Shown: piece by piece, positions 1 to 12,990 of the stretch | How the letters are laid out: every line of letters begins with the position of its first letter | Position numbering within the stretch: the first letter of the stretch is position 1 | Assembly (NCBI GenBank): GCA_964016885.1 | Contig: OZ024763.1 | Coordinates: 19,964,001-20,028,000, forward strand | Origin: Eledone cirrhosa | Taxonomy: Eukaryota | Reading direction: 5' to 3' | DNA: 64,000 nt | Notes under the pieces: model-generated | Databases searched by the model: none | What the model was told of the DNA's origin: nothing | What the model saw: the letters and a program-made list of their open reading frames with translations, nothing else | Made by a program: the position numbers and the translations under genes

Positions 1-215
1 ACTTTGATAAACTATATATATGTGTTTGTGTCTATATTGTATCTGTATTATTTTTGACCGTTGGTCAGTCAATGACAACATTGAGGACCGAATAAATTAG
101 ATTACCGATATAAAAGATACAGAAGCGAAAAGCGAAAACCAACCAAACAGTGAGTGTGTTCTGTTATAAATTCTGGCAATATTACACAAATATGACCCTC
201 CCCAAGTATAACAAT
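1..215 (+). mobile_element. Short non-autonomous PLE-related element (ATGGCGTAGAC family), cut by the window edge
   Basis: Matches the copies at 28714-29053, 49564-49858 and 59198-59492. Ends gaccctccccaagtataacaata in (TA)n. Confidence 0.7.
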
Positions 216-377
216 ATATATACACACACACACATATATATATATATATATTAGGGTAAACATTGATGCAATTCAATTCAAGCACTCAACGTACTTTTTC
301 CACATAGGAGTGACGGAGTAAATATCGAATAAGTAAAAGCGAAGTAGTTTCAGATGTTCAAGTCCTGTAATAATAAT

Positions 378-451
378 GCTGTGATATATATTTCAATGAC
401 GACACTGGTCACACTGTTCTGTGTGCGAGTGTCGTGACATCATCAGACAGC
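378..451 (-). ncRNA. Type I hammerhead ribozyme
   Basis: GCTGT-CTGATGA-stemII(TGTCACGACAC..GTGTCGTCATT)-GAAA-TATATA-TC-ACAGC. Confidence 0.75.
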
Positions 452-1652
452 TTGTTACATAATAAGGTGGTTTCCGAGGCAATCCAAATTGAATCGACAT
501 GGGAACGGATGAAGTTCGTGCTTTTGGGTTTTTCATCCGTTCCCTTGTGAGTACCAATTCACCCCCACCGGTCTGCGCAAGCGCATGTCCGAAGGAAGTT
601 GACCATTAGCACCGCAGATTTCAATGAAATTCGCTGTCAGTGGCCCACCTATGCCTTGCTAAAGTTTACTGCTACCCATCGCTACTGTGGCAGTCAGCCG
701 AAAGCCAGAGGGGATGGGAGGGTGTTAGTTTTTATAGGTCATAATACTACCTTTCACTAGGCGTTGACAGTAAGACTGACCATCAACTCATAAGGGAAAA
801 TAAACTTAATTCTAGGTACTATGGTTTTACATAGTAAGTTAAGAGTGAGAGGTGGGAATAAAAATTAAAATTAAAAGTTAAAATCCTAAATCAAATATCA
901 GAGATTATAAATTAAACAATAAAGAATTCAAAAATTCTAAATTTTAAAATTTTTTTCAAGTGATAATTCGGATTAAGTAAAGATATAGATTGAAGTGAGT
1001 AAATAATATGGAGAGAGATGTTTAAGTAATATGTTCTGGGAGGGATTCTAGTGTTACAGATATTGAACGGCAGTGTCGTACATTATAACGTAGGGCAAAC
1101 CACATGGTTCAAGGCATTAGTCAATCCGTTACACGGTCATACTTTCCATCACATGGAACAGAGTCAAAGAAAAACAGATATACAGTACACAAAAGAAAAG
1201 AAAAGGACAGAGACGATAGTGAATAAATGCAAAAACTCAGAGTACATATATGTAAAATGATCCATATGATTGTCCCTCTGTCCGTGTATAGATTGAATTG
1301 AGGGGGCCTCTGTTCAAAAGCGATTTGGTGCAGGAAAATAGGGGTTTATCTTATTTTTTGTTTCCGCGTATTTATCCTGCCGAAAGATACTATTACGCCC
1401 GTCCAGTGTCAGGGGTTTTTCATCCCCATGGTAGAGGGGATTTCCGGGGTAGCTCTTGGTTGGTTCCTCTCTTCTCCACCATATCGGTTACATCATAGAG
1501 CGCTCAACTAATCGGAGCTTAATTATTAGGGTAAACATTGATGCAATTCAATTCAAGCACTCAACGTACTTTTTCCACATAGGAGTGACGGAGTAAATAT
1601 CAAATAAGTAAAAGCGAAGTAGTTTCAGATGTTCAAGTCCTTTAATAATAAT

Positions 1653-1726
1653 GCTGTGATATATATTTCAATGACGACACTGGCCACACTGTTCTGTGTG
1701 CGAGTGTCGTGACATCATCAGACAGC
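1653..1726 (-). ncRNA. Type I hammerhead ribozyme (second direct copy)
   Basis: Same motif as 378-451. Confidence 0.75.
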
Positions 1727-1910
1727 TTGTTACATAATAAGGTTGTTTCCGAGGCAATCCAAATTGAATCGACACGGGAACGGATGAAGTTCGTGCTTTT
1801 GGGTTTTTCATCCGTTCTCTTGTGAGTACCAATTCACCCCCACCGGTCTTCATCCGTTCCCATGTCGATTCAATTTGGATTGCCTCGGAAACAACCTTAT
1901 TATGTAACAA

Positions 1911-1984
1911 GCTGTCTGATGATGTCACGACACTCGCACACAGAACAGTGTGGCCACTGTCGTCATTGAAATATATATCACAGC
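1911..1984 (+). ncRNA. Type I hammerhead ribozyme (inverted copy)
   Basis: gctgt ctgatga tgtcacgacac...tgtcgtcatt gaaa tatata tc acagc. Confidence 0.75.
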
Positions 1985-2100
1985 ATTATTATTAAAGGAC
2001 TTGAACATCTGAAACTACTTCGCTTTTACTTATTCTATATATATATATGTATATATATACACACACAAATATATATAAATATATTTATATATATATACAC

Positions 2101-2134
<34 letters not shown>

Positions 2135-2161
2135 GTGTGTGGTATATATATATATATGTGG

Positions 2162-2200
<39 letters not shown>

Positions 2201-2205
<5 letters not shown>

Positions 2206-2442
2206 ATAATAATAAATTTGAAGACTAAAATCCAAAGAGGGCTCGATAAGGATAAATATATATCAAATATATAAGAACCGTAGAGCAAATATTTATTAAA
2301 ATAACAGATTAAAGTTTAAGCATAGAATCGCTGCTTTCACCCTTAACAGGATCTTCTGAAACTAACAAATTAGTTAGTTTCAGAAGATCCCGTTAAGGGT
2401 GAAAGCAGCGATTCTTTGCTTAAACTTTAATCTGTTATTTTA

Positions 2443-2450
<8 letters not shown>
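2201..2450. mobile_element. PLE pLTR remnant with fold-back arms and a variant HHR (2376-2426 +, inverted copy ~2313-2363)
   Basis: AGTTT-CAGAAGA-TCCCgttaaGGGT-GAAA-GCA..TGC-TT-AAACT. Arms ~2290-2368 and 2372-2448 are reverse complements. Related copy at 17646-17975. Confidence 0.6.
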
Positions 2451-2490
<40 letters not shown>

Positions 2491-2496
2491 ATATAA

Positions 2497-5405
2497 GGCT
2501 CCAGAATCCTGGAATTCTGTGACGCAAATAACCTAACTATCTGTAACACTAACTTCAAAAAAGGAGACAATCGCTTGATCACCTATAGATCGGGGGAACA
2601 CACAAGCCAGGTAGATTAAATCCTTACCAGGAGACGTGACAGAGTGTCTGTTGTAAACACTAAATCCCTCCCCCATGAAGAATGCATGTGTCAACATAGA
2701 CTCATAATTAGCGACCTCATAGTCAGGACGAGACGTATTCGACAACAGAAGAGGACTATCCTCAGGAGAAAAATATGGAAATTAAAGGACCCCACAGCCA
2801 GTCATAAATTTAAAAGCATATTACTTGATGCTTTTGATAGTAAGGAAGAGCAGTTAGAGTCGTACAATATAGAGGAACAGTGGGAATTCCTGAAAGTTAA
2901 CCTGCTGAAGGCGACAGATGAAACCTGTGGCTGGAGCAGGCCTATAAGCAGGAGGAGAGTAACTTGGTGGTGGAACAGTAAGGTGGAGAGGTCAATCAAG
3001 GCCAAAAAGCAGGCTTGGAAAGTATGGCGGGATGGGGGAAGTAGAGAAGACTATCAAGTGGCCAGGAGGGAAGCTAGGAGACAAGTGTACTTCGCAAGAA
3101 GGGAAGCAGAGGAAAGAAAGTTCAAGCATGTTCTACAACGCGAGGACCAAAAACGTGAGGTGTTCAGGATTGCTCGGCAATGTGTCAAGGAAAACAGTGA
3201 TATTGTCGGGTAGAAGTGTGTCCTAAATGATGATGGTGTACTTGCCATCACTGATGCTGATAAGAAGGTAGCTTGGAAGTGTCACTACGAAAGGCTACTA
3301 AATGAGGAGAATAATTGGGAGAAAGACAGTCTCCCCCACATCGACCCAATAGAGGGACCAGCAGTGTTAGTCGAAGGTAGTATAATAAGTAAGGCGACCA
3401 AAGACATGAAGACGGGCAAGGCGGCCGGGCCTTCGGAAATAGTTGCCGAAATGCTGAAAGCATCTGGAACGGTGGGACACACTATGGTCACCCGGATAGT
3501 AAACCAAGTCATACAGAATGGGGTCGTTCCGAAGGACTGGCACAGCAGCATCATCATTAACTGCCACAAGGGTAAAGGTGATGCCCTAGATAGGGAAAAC
3601 TATAGAGGCATTAAATTAATTGACCAGGTCATGAAGGTCACAGAAAAAGTAATAGCGCAACTAATCAGAGAGCGAATTGATCTAGACGAAATGCAGTTCG
3701 GGTTTGTGTCAGGTAAAAGTACAACAGACGCTCTTTTCATTGTACGACAACTACAGGAGAAGTACCTAGCTAAAAGTAAACCCCTATACTTAGCTTTTGT
3801 TGACTTGGAGAAAGCCTTTGACAGAGTACCCGCTCGATTATCTGGTGGGCCCTTAGAAAACTAGGTGTTGATGAATGGCTTGTGAGAGCTATACAAGCCA
3901 TGTATAAAGAAACAGTCAGCAACGTTAGAATTAACAACGAATATAGTGAAGAGTTTAGCGTAAAAGTTGGTGTTCATCAGGGCTCCGTCCTTAGCCCCCT
4001 ACTATTTATCATTGCCCTTCAGGCTATAAAATAGGAGTTCAAGACCGGCTGCTCATGGGAATTCCTATATGCAGATGATCTAACGCTCATAGCTAAATCA
4101 ATGGCTGAACTAGAGAAGAAATTCCAAACATGGAAGCATGGCCTAGAATCAAAAGGCCTTAAAGTTAACTTGTCTAAGACTAAAGTTCTAGTTTGTAGGA
4201 AGGAAAATAGGGCACCGGTCCCATCTGGGAAATGGCCATGCTCAGTGTGTAGGAAAGGAGTAGGTAGAAACTCCATTTTATGTCCTAAATGCAAAGTATG
4301 GGTACATAAAAGATGTAGTGGGATCACAGGTAAGCTAACTAAGAATATAGATTTTATATGTGGCCCGTGCTCTGGTGCAATAAGTAGCAGCAAGTGCCCA
4401 CAAAATACTAACTCATTCCATGGCACAGATGGTTCTATAGAAATAGTGGACAGCTTCCGTTACATGGGTGACAAAATCAGCAGTGGGGGAGGGTGCTCTG
4501 AAAGTACAGTAGCTAGAGTCAGAACGGGATGGAAAAAGTCCAGAGAACTTATACCACTATTGGCCGCTAAAGGGTTCTCTCTAAAAATGAAAGGCAGGCT
4601 GTATGATGCCTGCATACGAACAGCAATGTTACATGGCAGTGAGACCTGGGCATTGTGTGCAGAGGATATACGCAGACTGGAGAGAAACGAAGCTTGCATG
4701 CTCCGCTGGATGTGTAATAGTAATATACGTGAACGGCAAAGCAAAAACAAACTAAGGGAGAAATTAGAAATAAGAGGGATCAGATGTTGTTTACTCGAGA
4801 GAAGACTACGTTGGTATGGTCACGTGATGCGCATGAAAGACGACAGCTGTATAAAAAAGTGCAGGGCAATAAAACTAGACGGTAGCCACGGAGTAGGCAG
4901 ACCCAGAAAAACCTGGGACGACTTGATAAATTCCAACCACACACACACTTACACCTCTCCAAGACAATGTCACTGGACCGAGATCTTTGGCGCTACACAG
5001 TAATAGAGAAGACCCGCCTTACCTAAGTGCAAAGTGAAACCTACTACAGTCAGTAGGCACCTCTAACAAAATACACCCCATCCCACTACCCCCACTTCAT
5101 CCACACCACCCCTTTCAATGTAAAGTTATGTTGGTACCACAACATCCAGCCCGAAACAAACGAGGTAGTGTAGTGTCACGACAAAAAAACACACAGTCCA
5201 CGCTGTAATGTGGCCATGTAGGTAACACGGTAAAAACCTCCCAGTTCCACACTGTAAATGTGGTTGCTGTTAGGAAGGGCATCCAGCTGTAGAAAACCCG
5301 CCAGACAGTCCTATGCGAGCAAGACAACCACTCTTGCCTCAAGTGGGAAAACTCCCGTCCAAACCCATGCGAGCGTGGAATATGGACATTAAATGATGAT
5401 GATGA
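2497..5405 (+). mobile_element. RTE-clade LINE, 5' truncated and degenerate
   Basis: APE C-terminus (QHRLII), WWWN, RT motifs (KAAGPSEI, QFGFVSGKST, FVDLEKAFDRVP, YADDL), PHD-like CxxC insert, RLRWYGHV..GRPRKTW, (GAT)n tail. Contains stops and frameshifts. Confidence 0.93.
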
Positions 5406-5436
5406 TATATATATATATATATTCACATATATATAT

Positions 5437-5878
5437 ATCATCATCATCGTTTAACGTCCGTGTTCCACGCTTGCATGGGTTTGGACGGGAGTTTTCCCAC
5501 TTGAGGCAAGAGTGATTGTCTTGCTCGCATAGGACTGTCTGGCGGGTTTTCTACAGCTGGATGCCCTTCCTAACACCAACCACATTTACAGTGTGGGGCT
5601 GGGAGGTTTTTACCGTGTTGCCTACACGGCCACATTACAGCGTGGACTGTGTGTTTTTTTGTCGTGCCACCTACACGATCTCATTTGTGTCGGCCTGGAT
5701 GTTGTGGCACCAACATAACTTTACATTGAAAGGGGCGGTGGTTTACGGGGGTGTATTTTGTTAGAGATGCCTACTGACTGTAGTAGGTTTTACTTTGTAT
5801 TTAGGTAAGGCGGGTCTTCTCTATTACTGAGTACCGCCAAAGGTCTCGGTCCAGTGACATTGTCTTGGAAAGGTGTAA

Positions 5879-5885
<7 letters not shown>
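5437..5885 (-). mobile_element. RTE 3' end, inverted relative to the adjacent copy
   Basis: Reverse complement of ~4945-5405 including the (GAT)n tail. Confidence 0.85.
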
Positions 5886-5917
<32 letters not shown>

Positions 5918-5920
<3 letters not shown>

Positions 5921-6780
5921 TGTTATACTTTGGGAGGGTCATGTTGCCAATAAGAAACACACGCACCAGTTGCTTTCACTTCAATTTATTATAATAAATT
6001 TATAAATTTAGGAATTTATAAATTTCTGGTTGGTTGGTTGGTTCCACAACCAGATAGTTGTTTATATATAGTCAAAGTTCTTTCGTCACACAATCTGTGA
6101 CCTCTTCAGTGACTGGGGATTCTTTTCTTTGTTTTTGTGCCTCTCCTTTGTTCTGTCCTACGCCATTTTGTTTCTGTGTGTGTGTTGTTTGCTCAGTCTG
6201 CGCATGCGCCACATCCGGGTGTCTGTGTGTGTTTATGTTCATTTATTTATTTGTTTATTTACATGTTACTGGTTGGTTGTTTGTTCTATGTGTGTGTGTG
6301 TTTTCATTTTGTCCTTAATTGTAAGTTGTGATGTTGCTGTTCCACTCATATTTTCTATTTAATTTTGGTTGTAATTCTTTTATGTTTATTGCCTCTGTGA
6401 TTTGTCTAAACATTGCGTCTTTTCTGTGTGTAGATTCTATTTTTATTTCTATGTTCTCTAATTTACCCTTGTGTTCTATTTTAGCATGTTGGTAGAGTAC
6501 AGATGATTCTTTACTATCTTGAAGGTCTCGCCCCCCTACACTACGAGCTGTCTCACCTATGTACATTATATTTTTGTCTCTACATTGTCCTTCAGTACAT
6601 CTTATGCTATACACTACATTTCTAGTTTTACAGTTAATATGGGGGCTTATTTTACAGGTTATACATTTCTTATCTATACATGAGGGTCTTTGAACATGAC
6701 CCTCCCAAAGTATAACAATATCTGTTTCAACACACGATTTCAGATAAAGAATCTTGCTAAACAAATTCAGAAACGAAATA
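5918..6780 (-). mobile_element. Penelope-like element 3' fragment (GIY-YIG endonuclease) with pLTR and inverted tail
   Basis: CITC..NCKTRNVVYSIRC..MYIGETARS..R..EAINI..PKLNRK. HHR at 6070-6114. Tail gaccctcccaaagtataacaata at both ends in inverted orientation, in (TA)n. Confidence 0.85.
6070..6114 (-). ncRNA. Minimal type I hammerhead ribozyme
   Basis: AGTCA-CTGAAGA-GGTCACAgattgTGTGAC-GAAA-GAAC-TT-TGACT. Confidence 0.85.
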
Positions 6781-6789
6781 TATATATAC

Positions 6790-6892
<103 letters not shown>

Positions 6893-7384
6893 ATACAATA
6901 ACAGAGATAGTTTAAAGCTAAACTCTGACTGGTAACCATCTCACTCAACAAACATTAGGTTATATTAAAATATAAACCCAATTTAAGTGTTTGGGGTGCT
7001 AACAATATGTATAATGTGGAAAAACCAGTTGTATTATTTTATGAGATATAATTAAAGTTAAAGTATATCTCTCTTTCCAAACAATTGTTTCATTATAAGT
7101 TTTCTACAAGTTTGGGAGAAAGTTTCCAGTTTATGTAGAAGCCTAATATATATATTCATGTAAGAATATATTTAGGTGGGCACTTATAAATCATCAGTGT
7201 AAGCCCATTAAACATTGATATAAGAAAACAATTTCTTACCGCTGTCAAAAATCATGTCCGTAAAGTAGCTCTCTCTAGCCTCGAATGACCGCCAAATTTG
7301 AAATTCCAGCAGTTTTTGACTGAGGAAGTATCATAACGACACGAAGCGGGAAGGGGAGACAACTCACGAAATGAGGAAAAAAAT

Positions 7385-7904
7385 AATATACACACGGGTT
7401 AATTAGTTTTTTTGAAAACATTATCAATCCAACGTGTTTAAGAACTCAATTGAAAATAAAAAAATAAATATATGCTTGTATAAATTACACACGCATATAG
7501 ATATTTTCTTAGGCTAAATCAGAAGTTGTACCCGAATAAGAACCGCTTCTCATAACCGCAGTAAATGCAGAAAGTTATGCTATAAAGGGCAAATGGGAAT
7601 ATAATTCTCCGGCCGAATTATTAAGAGTAAAATATAAAACACACGCGGGTTAATTAGTTATTTCAAAACCAATATTAATTCCTCGTGTAAAGAACTCAAT
7701 TAATAAAAGAAAATAAATACATATATGCATGTAATTATATATGTAGGCATATATATATATTTTCCTAGGCTAAAAAACAGAGAAGTTACAACCCAAAAAA
7801 GCCACAATATTTCACAACAGTAATAAATACAGAAAGTCAAATTCATAAGGTACCTGGAAATATACACCTCTGGCCAATCAAGAGTAAATATTTAATACAA
7901 TAAC

Positions 7905-7905
<1 letters not shown>
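7385..7905. repeat. Diverged ~255-bp tandem duplication
   Basis: The block gggttaattagtt..agaactcaatt..taggctaaa..agaagtt..aagagtaaa occurs twice (from ~7391 and ~7641). Confidence 0.65.
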
Positions 7906-7949
<44 letters not shown>

Positions 7950-8020
7950 TATTGAAATTTCCGTTGGAAACAGAAAAGGTCATAGAAGTGAAGAGTGCTC
8001 TATGTAAGTATCAGAGCAAA

Positions 8021-8095
8021 ATGCCTCGTCTGACGAACGAATGAAGACGTTTCTTTCGTATTCGCCTCATTCGGGAAACCTCTGGCAATGAGGTA
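8021..8095 (+). ncRNA. Degenerate hammerhead-like motif
   Basis: TGCCTCGT-CTGACGA-aCGAATGA..TCATTCGg-GAAA-CCtctGG-CA-ATGAGGTA. U16.1 is replaced by C. Confidence 0.45.
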
Positions 8096-8129
8096 ATTAT
8101 ATTGTATTGATTTTTATACATTATATATA

Positions 8130-8172
<43 letters not shown>

Positions 8173-8176
<4 letters not shown>

Positions 8177-8445
8177 CGGGTGATGTGTTGTTTCCTTGAG
8201 CAAGACACTTTATTTCACATTGCTCCAGTTTACTCAGCTGTAGAAATGAGATGATAGGGACTGGGGTCCATATCATTCCACTGCAAAGAAGTGGTCGTGT
8301 AGGTGCCACGACAAAAAAGCACCCAGCACTCACTGTAAATGAGGTTGGTGTTAGGAAGGGCATCGAGCTGTAGAAATCAAGCCAGAAACAGTTCCCGTCC
8401 CACCTTGCAAGCAGGGAAAAGCAGACGTAAAAATGATGATGATGA
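8173..8445 (+). mobile_element. tRNA-derived SINE family B (RTE-tailed), 5' truncated
   Basis: Body ccttgagcaagacactttatttcac..ttaggaagggcatc.. and tail ..aaaagcagacgtaaaaatgatgatg, as in the full copy at 22512-22845. Confidence 0.8.
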
Positions 8446-8454
8446 TATATATAT

Positions 8455-8794
8455 AATGTAATATCTAGAAATAAACATAGAAAGAAGTGTGTTTAGAATT
8501 ACAAGGGCTGAAAAACCACTTTGGTGCGATGTATATAATCTATGAACAAACAGAAAATATATTATTGAAACAGTTAGTCCATTTTAATTCATATTATGTT
8601 TTTTCTGTTTGTTCATAGATTATATACATCACACCAAAGTGGTTTTTCAGGCCTGTTTATTCTAAACACAAAGAAGCGTGTTTATTTCTATATATTATAT
8701 TATAAAGAGCCCAGTTTTTATACTTTGGGCTCATCAATTACAGGGTTTTAACACAAGTCTTTAACTCCGCTTCTTTTTATTCCTATATATATAC

Positions 8795-8841
<47 letters not shown>

Positions 8842-8860
8842 TAAAAAGAAGCAGAGTTAT
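8455..8860. mobile_element. Fold-back element in (TA)n, probable PLE pLTR remnant
   Basis: Inverted arms ~8466-8560 and 8600-8690. Degenerate HHR-like TGATGA-GCCCA..TGGGC..GAAA-TAAACAC..GTGTTTA on the minus strand. Confidence 0.5.
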
Positions 8861-9004
8861 AAGAAGCATCTATATGTATGTATGTATGTATGTATCTATG
8901 TATGTATGTGTATATTGGGAAGGGCGTCCGGCTGTAGAAATCAAGCCAGAATCAGTTCCCGTCCCACCCTTGCGGGCAGGGAAAAGTGGACATAAAATGA
9001 AAGG

Positions 9005-9722
9005 ATGATATATGTATGTGTACGTATGTATGTATGTGTATATATATGTATATATATGTATGTGTACATATGTATGTGTGTATGTGGTGTATATATGTAT
9101 ATATGTGTATATATATATATGTGCATATGTATGTATGTGTATATATGTATATGTATGTATATATATATGTACATGTGTATGTATGTATATATATATGTGT
9201 GTATATATGTGCATATGTATGTGTGTATGTGTGTATATATATATATATATGTGTGTATATATGTGCATATGTATGTGTGTATGTATGTATATATATATAT
9301 GTATATGTATGCATGTGTATGTGTGTATATATATATATATATATGTGTGTGTATGTGTGTATATATATATATATGCATGTGTGTATGTATGTGTATATAT
9401 ACATATGTATGTATATGTATGTATATATGTATATATGTAAGTGAATGTATGTGTATGTATATATGTATATATGTATGTGTATATATGTGTATATATATAT
9501 ATATACATATGTATGTATGTATATGTATGTATGTATATATATATATATATATGCATATGTATATATATACATATGTATGTATGTATATGTATATGTATAT
9601 ATATACATATGTACATGTGTATATGTATATATATATGCATATGTGTGTATGTATATGTATATATATATGTATATATATACATATGTATGTGTGTATATGT
9701 ATATATATATATATATATATAG

Positions 9723-9762
<40 letters not shown>

Positions 9763-9768
9763 ATACAT
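9005..9768. repeat. Degenerate (TA)/(TG)/(TATG) microsatellite field. Similar fields at 10659-11205, 40135-40620, 50485-50980, 54945-55660 and 56367-56728.
   Basis: Directly visible simple repeats. These produce the I/Y/H/T-rich spurious ORFs. Confidence 0.95.
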
Positions 9769-9793
9769 CTAATTCGAATGGAAGGAGCTGGGA

Positions 9794-9864
9794 TGTGTAT
9801 TGGTGTAATGGTAGCACAGTGGTCTGGATAACCAAAGATGTGGGTTCGACTCCCATGTACGGCA
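9794..9864 (+). pseudogene. tRNA-like sequence (SINE head or tRNA pseudogene)
   Basis: A box TGGTGTAATGGTAGC, anticodon arm TGGT-CTGGATA-ACCA, T arm GTGGG-TTCGACT-CCCAT. Acceptor stem is mismatched. Confidence 0.6.
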
Positions 9865-10065
9865 ACACTCATCTTTTTCCATTTCTCCCAGGGTTATAAA
9901 CCCCACTATCAGGCTAGAAATTTCTCTAGTCTAAAATACGGTGAAAGCTTATAATTTCTAATTTCTAATTTCAAACTCGCACACCGTTTCAAAAACATAC
10001 ATGTTTACGTTTATAATTTGCTTGTATATATATATATATCTTTATACATATGTATGTATATATAT

Positions 10066-10660
10066 GGTGCTACTGGTAACATGTATCCCAGTACAACCTG
10101 TCCCATGGTCGGGTCGTTGGTGACTAAACTGGCAACCCCACCAAGGTTTCTTGGTGAGGAGGGTGACTTTGGACATCCTGCAGGACTAAATACAAAACCT
10201 GTCAAAGGGCAAGGGAGCTCTTAAGAGTCAATAGCCATCCAAAATCACCGGGAGAGATGACCCCTTAGCCTTTGTCAAGGCAGAATTCTAGGAGAAGGAA
10301 AACTCTGATATAACACCTGCAACTCTCATGGTATCCAATGATGTTGACTTGTTCTTTTTTTTGGTAAATATCATCTTGGTTAAGAGAGTGGGACTGGCTT
10401 TGTGCAGTGCCTTTACTGACTATAAAAGCTTCACGGCACAGGCATTGCTTTATATCTGGAGATCTCTCTGCACTTGTCGTCACATGGTACCATGGGCCCA
10501 GCACTATGTGTCAATAATTGTCACAAGTGTAGTGTTTGTACCAAAGCTTTCAAGTCACTGGCTGGACTAAAAAGTCACACTCGTTCAGCGCATCAGTAGG
10601 GGTTCTCCTACATGGATATAAAGTAGTGGCCGTACTCGAAAACGAGTTGGCAGCCACCAT
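10066..10660 (+). mobile_element. Non-autonomous RTE-derived element, copy 1
   Basis: RTE-type 5' UTR motif ctaggagaaggaaaactctga, a 3' C2H2-like remnant ([19 protein letters not shown]) and a (TATG)n-like tail. Near-identical to 13039-13643. Confidence 0.7.
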
Positions 10661-10678
10661 ATATGTATGTATATATGT

Positions 10679-10709
<31 letters not shown>

Positions 10710-11206
10710 TGTGTATATATATATGTATGTATATATATATGTATATGTATATGTATATATATATGTATATGTATATGTGTATATATATATATATGTATGT
10801 GTATATATATATGTATGTATATGTATATATATATGTATGTATATATATGTATATGTATATATATATGTATGTATATATATATGTATGTATATATATATGT
10901 GTATATATATATGTGTATATATATATGTATATATATATATGTATATATATATGTATGTATATATATATGTGTATATATATATGTATGTATATATATATAT
11001 GTATATATATGTGTATATGTATATATATATGTATATATATATGTATATATATATGTATATGTATGTATATATATATGTATATATATATATGTATGTGTAT
11101 ATGTATATATATGTATATATATATGTATATATATGTATATATATATGTATATATGTATGTATATATGTATGTATATATATATGTATAGATGTATGTATAT
11201 ATGTAT

Positions 11207-11617
11207 GGGAGAGATGACCCCTTAGCCTTTGTCAAGGCAGAGTTCTAGGAGAAGGAAAACTCTGATATAACACCTGCAACCCTGATGGTATCCAATGATG
11301 TTGACGTGTTCTTCTTTTTGGTAAATATCATCTTGGTTAAGAGAGTGGGACTGGCTTTGTGCAGTACCTTTGCTCACTATAAAAGCTTCACGGCACAGGC
11401 ATTGCTTTATATCTGGAGATCTCTCTGCACTTGTCGTCACATGGTACAATGGGCTCAGCACTATGTGTCAGTAATTGTCACAAGTGTAGTGTTTGTACCA
11501 AAGTTTTCAAGTCGCTGGCTGGATTAAAAAGTCACACTTGTTCAGCGCATCAGTAGGGGTTCTCCTACATGGATATAAAGTAGTGGCCATACTCGAAAAC
11601 GAGTTGGCAGCCACCAT
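11207..11617 (+). mobile_element. Non-autonomous RTE-derived element, copy 2 (5' truncated)
   Basis: Same sequence from gggagagatgacccc to gcagccaccatgtatgtatg. Confidence 0.7.
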
Positions 11618-11638
11618 GTATGTATGTATGTATGTATG

Positions 11639-12990
11639 TTTTCTCTTTCTCTTAATTTCGAGTATATTCTTTTGACCGGCCACCTTCCTGGTGGCAAGGT
11701 TGTAAAAGAAAAGAAATTGTCATCCCTTGAATCGCAAGAATGTTTTGCAAATTTTGAAGGTGCCAGCTATCGCAGCCATTTGTAGACTATGAATTAGGGA
11801 GCTGCTCTTTTTGTCCGCAAATCCAAGTTCAGTCATACTTTGGTCCAAGCGGGTTGGTATATAAGCCGTAGCTGCAATAATGATGGGTATGAAGCTAAAG
11901 GTGTATCTTGGATACTGGATTTGTAAACTCCTCATCAATGGTCCGTAGATGTCCTCCTTCTCCTATATTTTTCTGACAACGTTTACATCAAGTGGGCAGC
12001 TGATCTCCACAACAGAACACGTTTTCAATGTGTGGTCCCAAACAACAATATCAGGCCGGTTGTGCTTTAATTTGGTGGCAGTTTTTATTTTCAGGTTCCA
12101 CCAGTATTCCTTAGTGCCATCTGTCTCAATATATTCTTCCTCGTTTGTTGTTAATTTTGTTTTCCGAAGTGTGTTCCAGATGGTTCTAGCTATCCCATCG
12201 TGTCTCATGGGGAGGTAGTAGCGAGATGACATTCTTTCGCAGCTGGCAACAATGTGGCTTACATCCTCGATCTTTGTTTTACATAGCCTACATTTATTGT
12301 CAGCTGCTGGCCCTCCCCTTTTGTGCAGCAGATATTTGGTAGGGAGTTCTTGTTCCTGTATTGCATAGAGATATCCCTCAAGGTGTGATGTCATAAACTT
12401 GTCGGAACTCCATGCCAGGCTTTTTGAGTGGTTTATCCCCTCTATGGTCTGTGTTTTACGTCTCAAGTATCCATGCACAACTTTTTCTGTAAATTGGTCA
12501 ATTTTTTCATCTTGTTTGAACATTGAATAGAATCTTCCGATTTCTCTGGGTGAGAGATTTATATCAGGCTTTATTCCATATCTCTCCTCCAGATCAGTGG
12601 CTATTCTAATGATATTTTTTTTTTCATGCTCATAAACCTGGGCAAGATGGTTGCCAACCTTTTTCCTCTGTTGAAGGTGTTGCTTCAGTGTTACTATCCA
12701 GGTCTCATATGTTGTTAATATGGATTTTAGACCCCGGCCACCTTCCTTGCATGAGAAGTATAGCCTATCCACATCACCATTGATGTTAAAGTTCCCAGTA
12801 ACACTGAGAAGTTTGCGAGTTCTAACATCCATCTCACTTAGTTCTTGCAATGACCAGTTCAGCAGGCCAAATGTTGGCGTTAGAATTGGCACAGCATAAG
12901 TATTGTGGGCAATGTATTTGTTGTACGCTGACAGTTCTGATGACCATATTTTCTTTACTCTTCTGAGGTATTCAGTTCTGGTTCTCTCCT
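11639..12990 (-). mobile_element. R4/Dong-like non-LTR retrotransposon 3' part (restriction-like endonuclease)
   Basis: RLY..KEGGRGL, HG.., AIQEQ, CCHC CRLC..ED.SHIVASC, RHD, RPDIVV..VEISCP. Both ends abut (TATG)n. Confidence 0.9.

Larger units (their letters stand above)
251..2034 (-). mobile_element. Non-coding PLE/retrozyme-like element: two direct HHR-bearing repeats plus an inverted partial repeat
   Basis: Direct repeats 251-574 and 1526-1849 (period 1275), inverted copy 1849-2034, (TA)n on both sides, no convincing internal ORF. Confidence 0.75.

Noticed and set aside
7235-7353. Type III hammerhead-like fold (CTTACCGCT/AGCGGGAAG, TCAAAAA/TTTTTGA, CTGAGGA)
   Set aside because: It has G at the cleavage position, GAA instead of GAAA and a mismatched stem II. 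At best a dead relic.
9794-9864. Functional tRNA gene (anticodon GGA)
   Set aside because: The acceptor stem is broken and there is no long variable arm as expected for tRNA-Ser. Treated as a SINE head or pseudogene.
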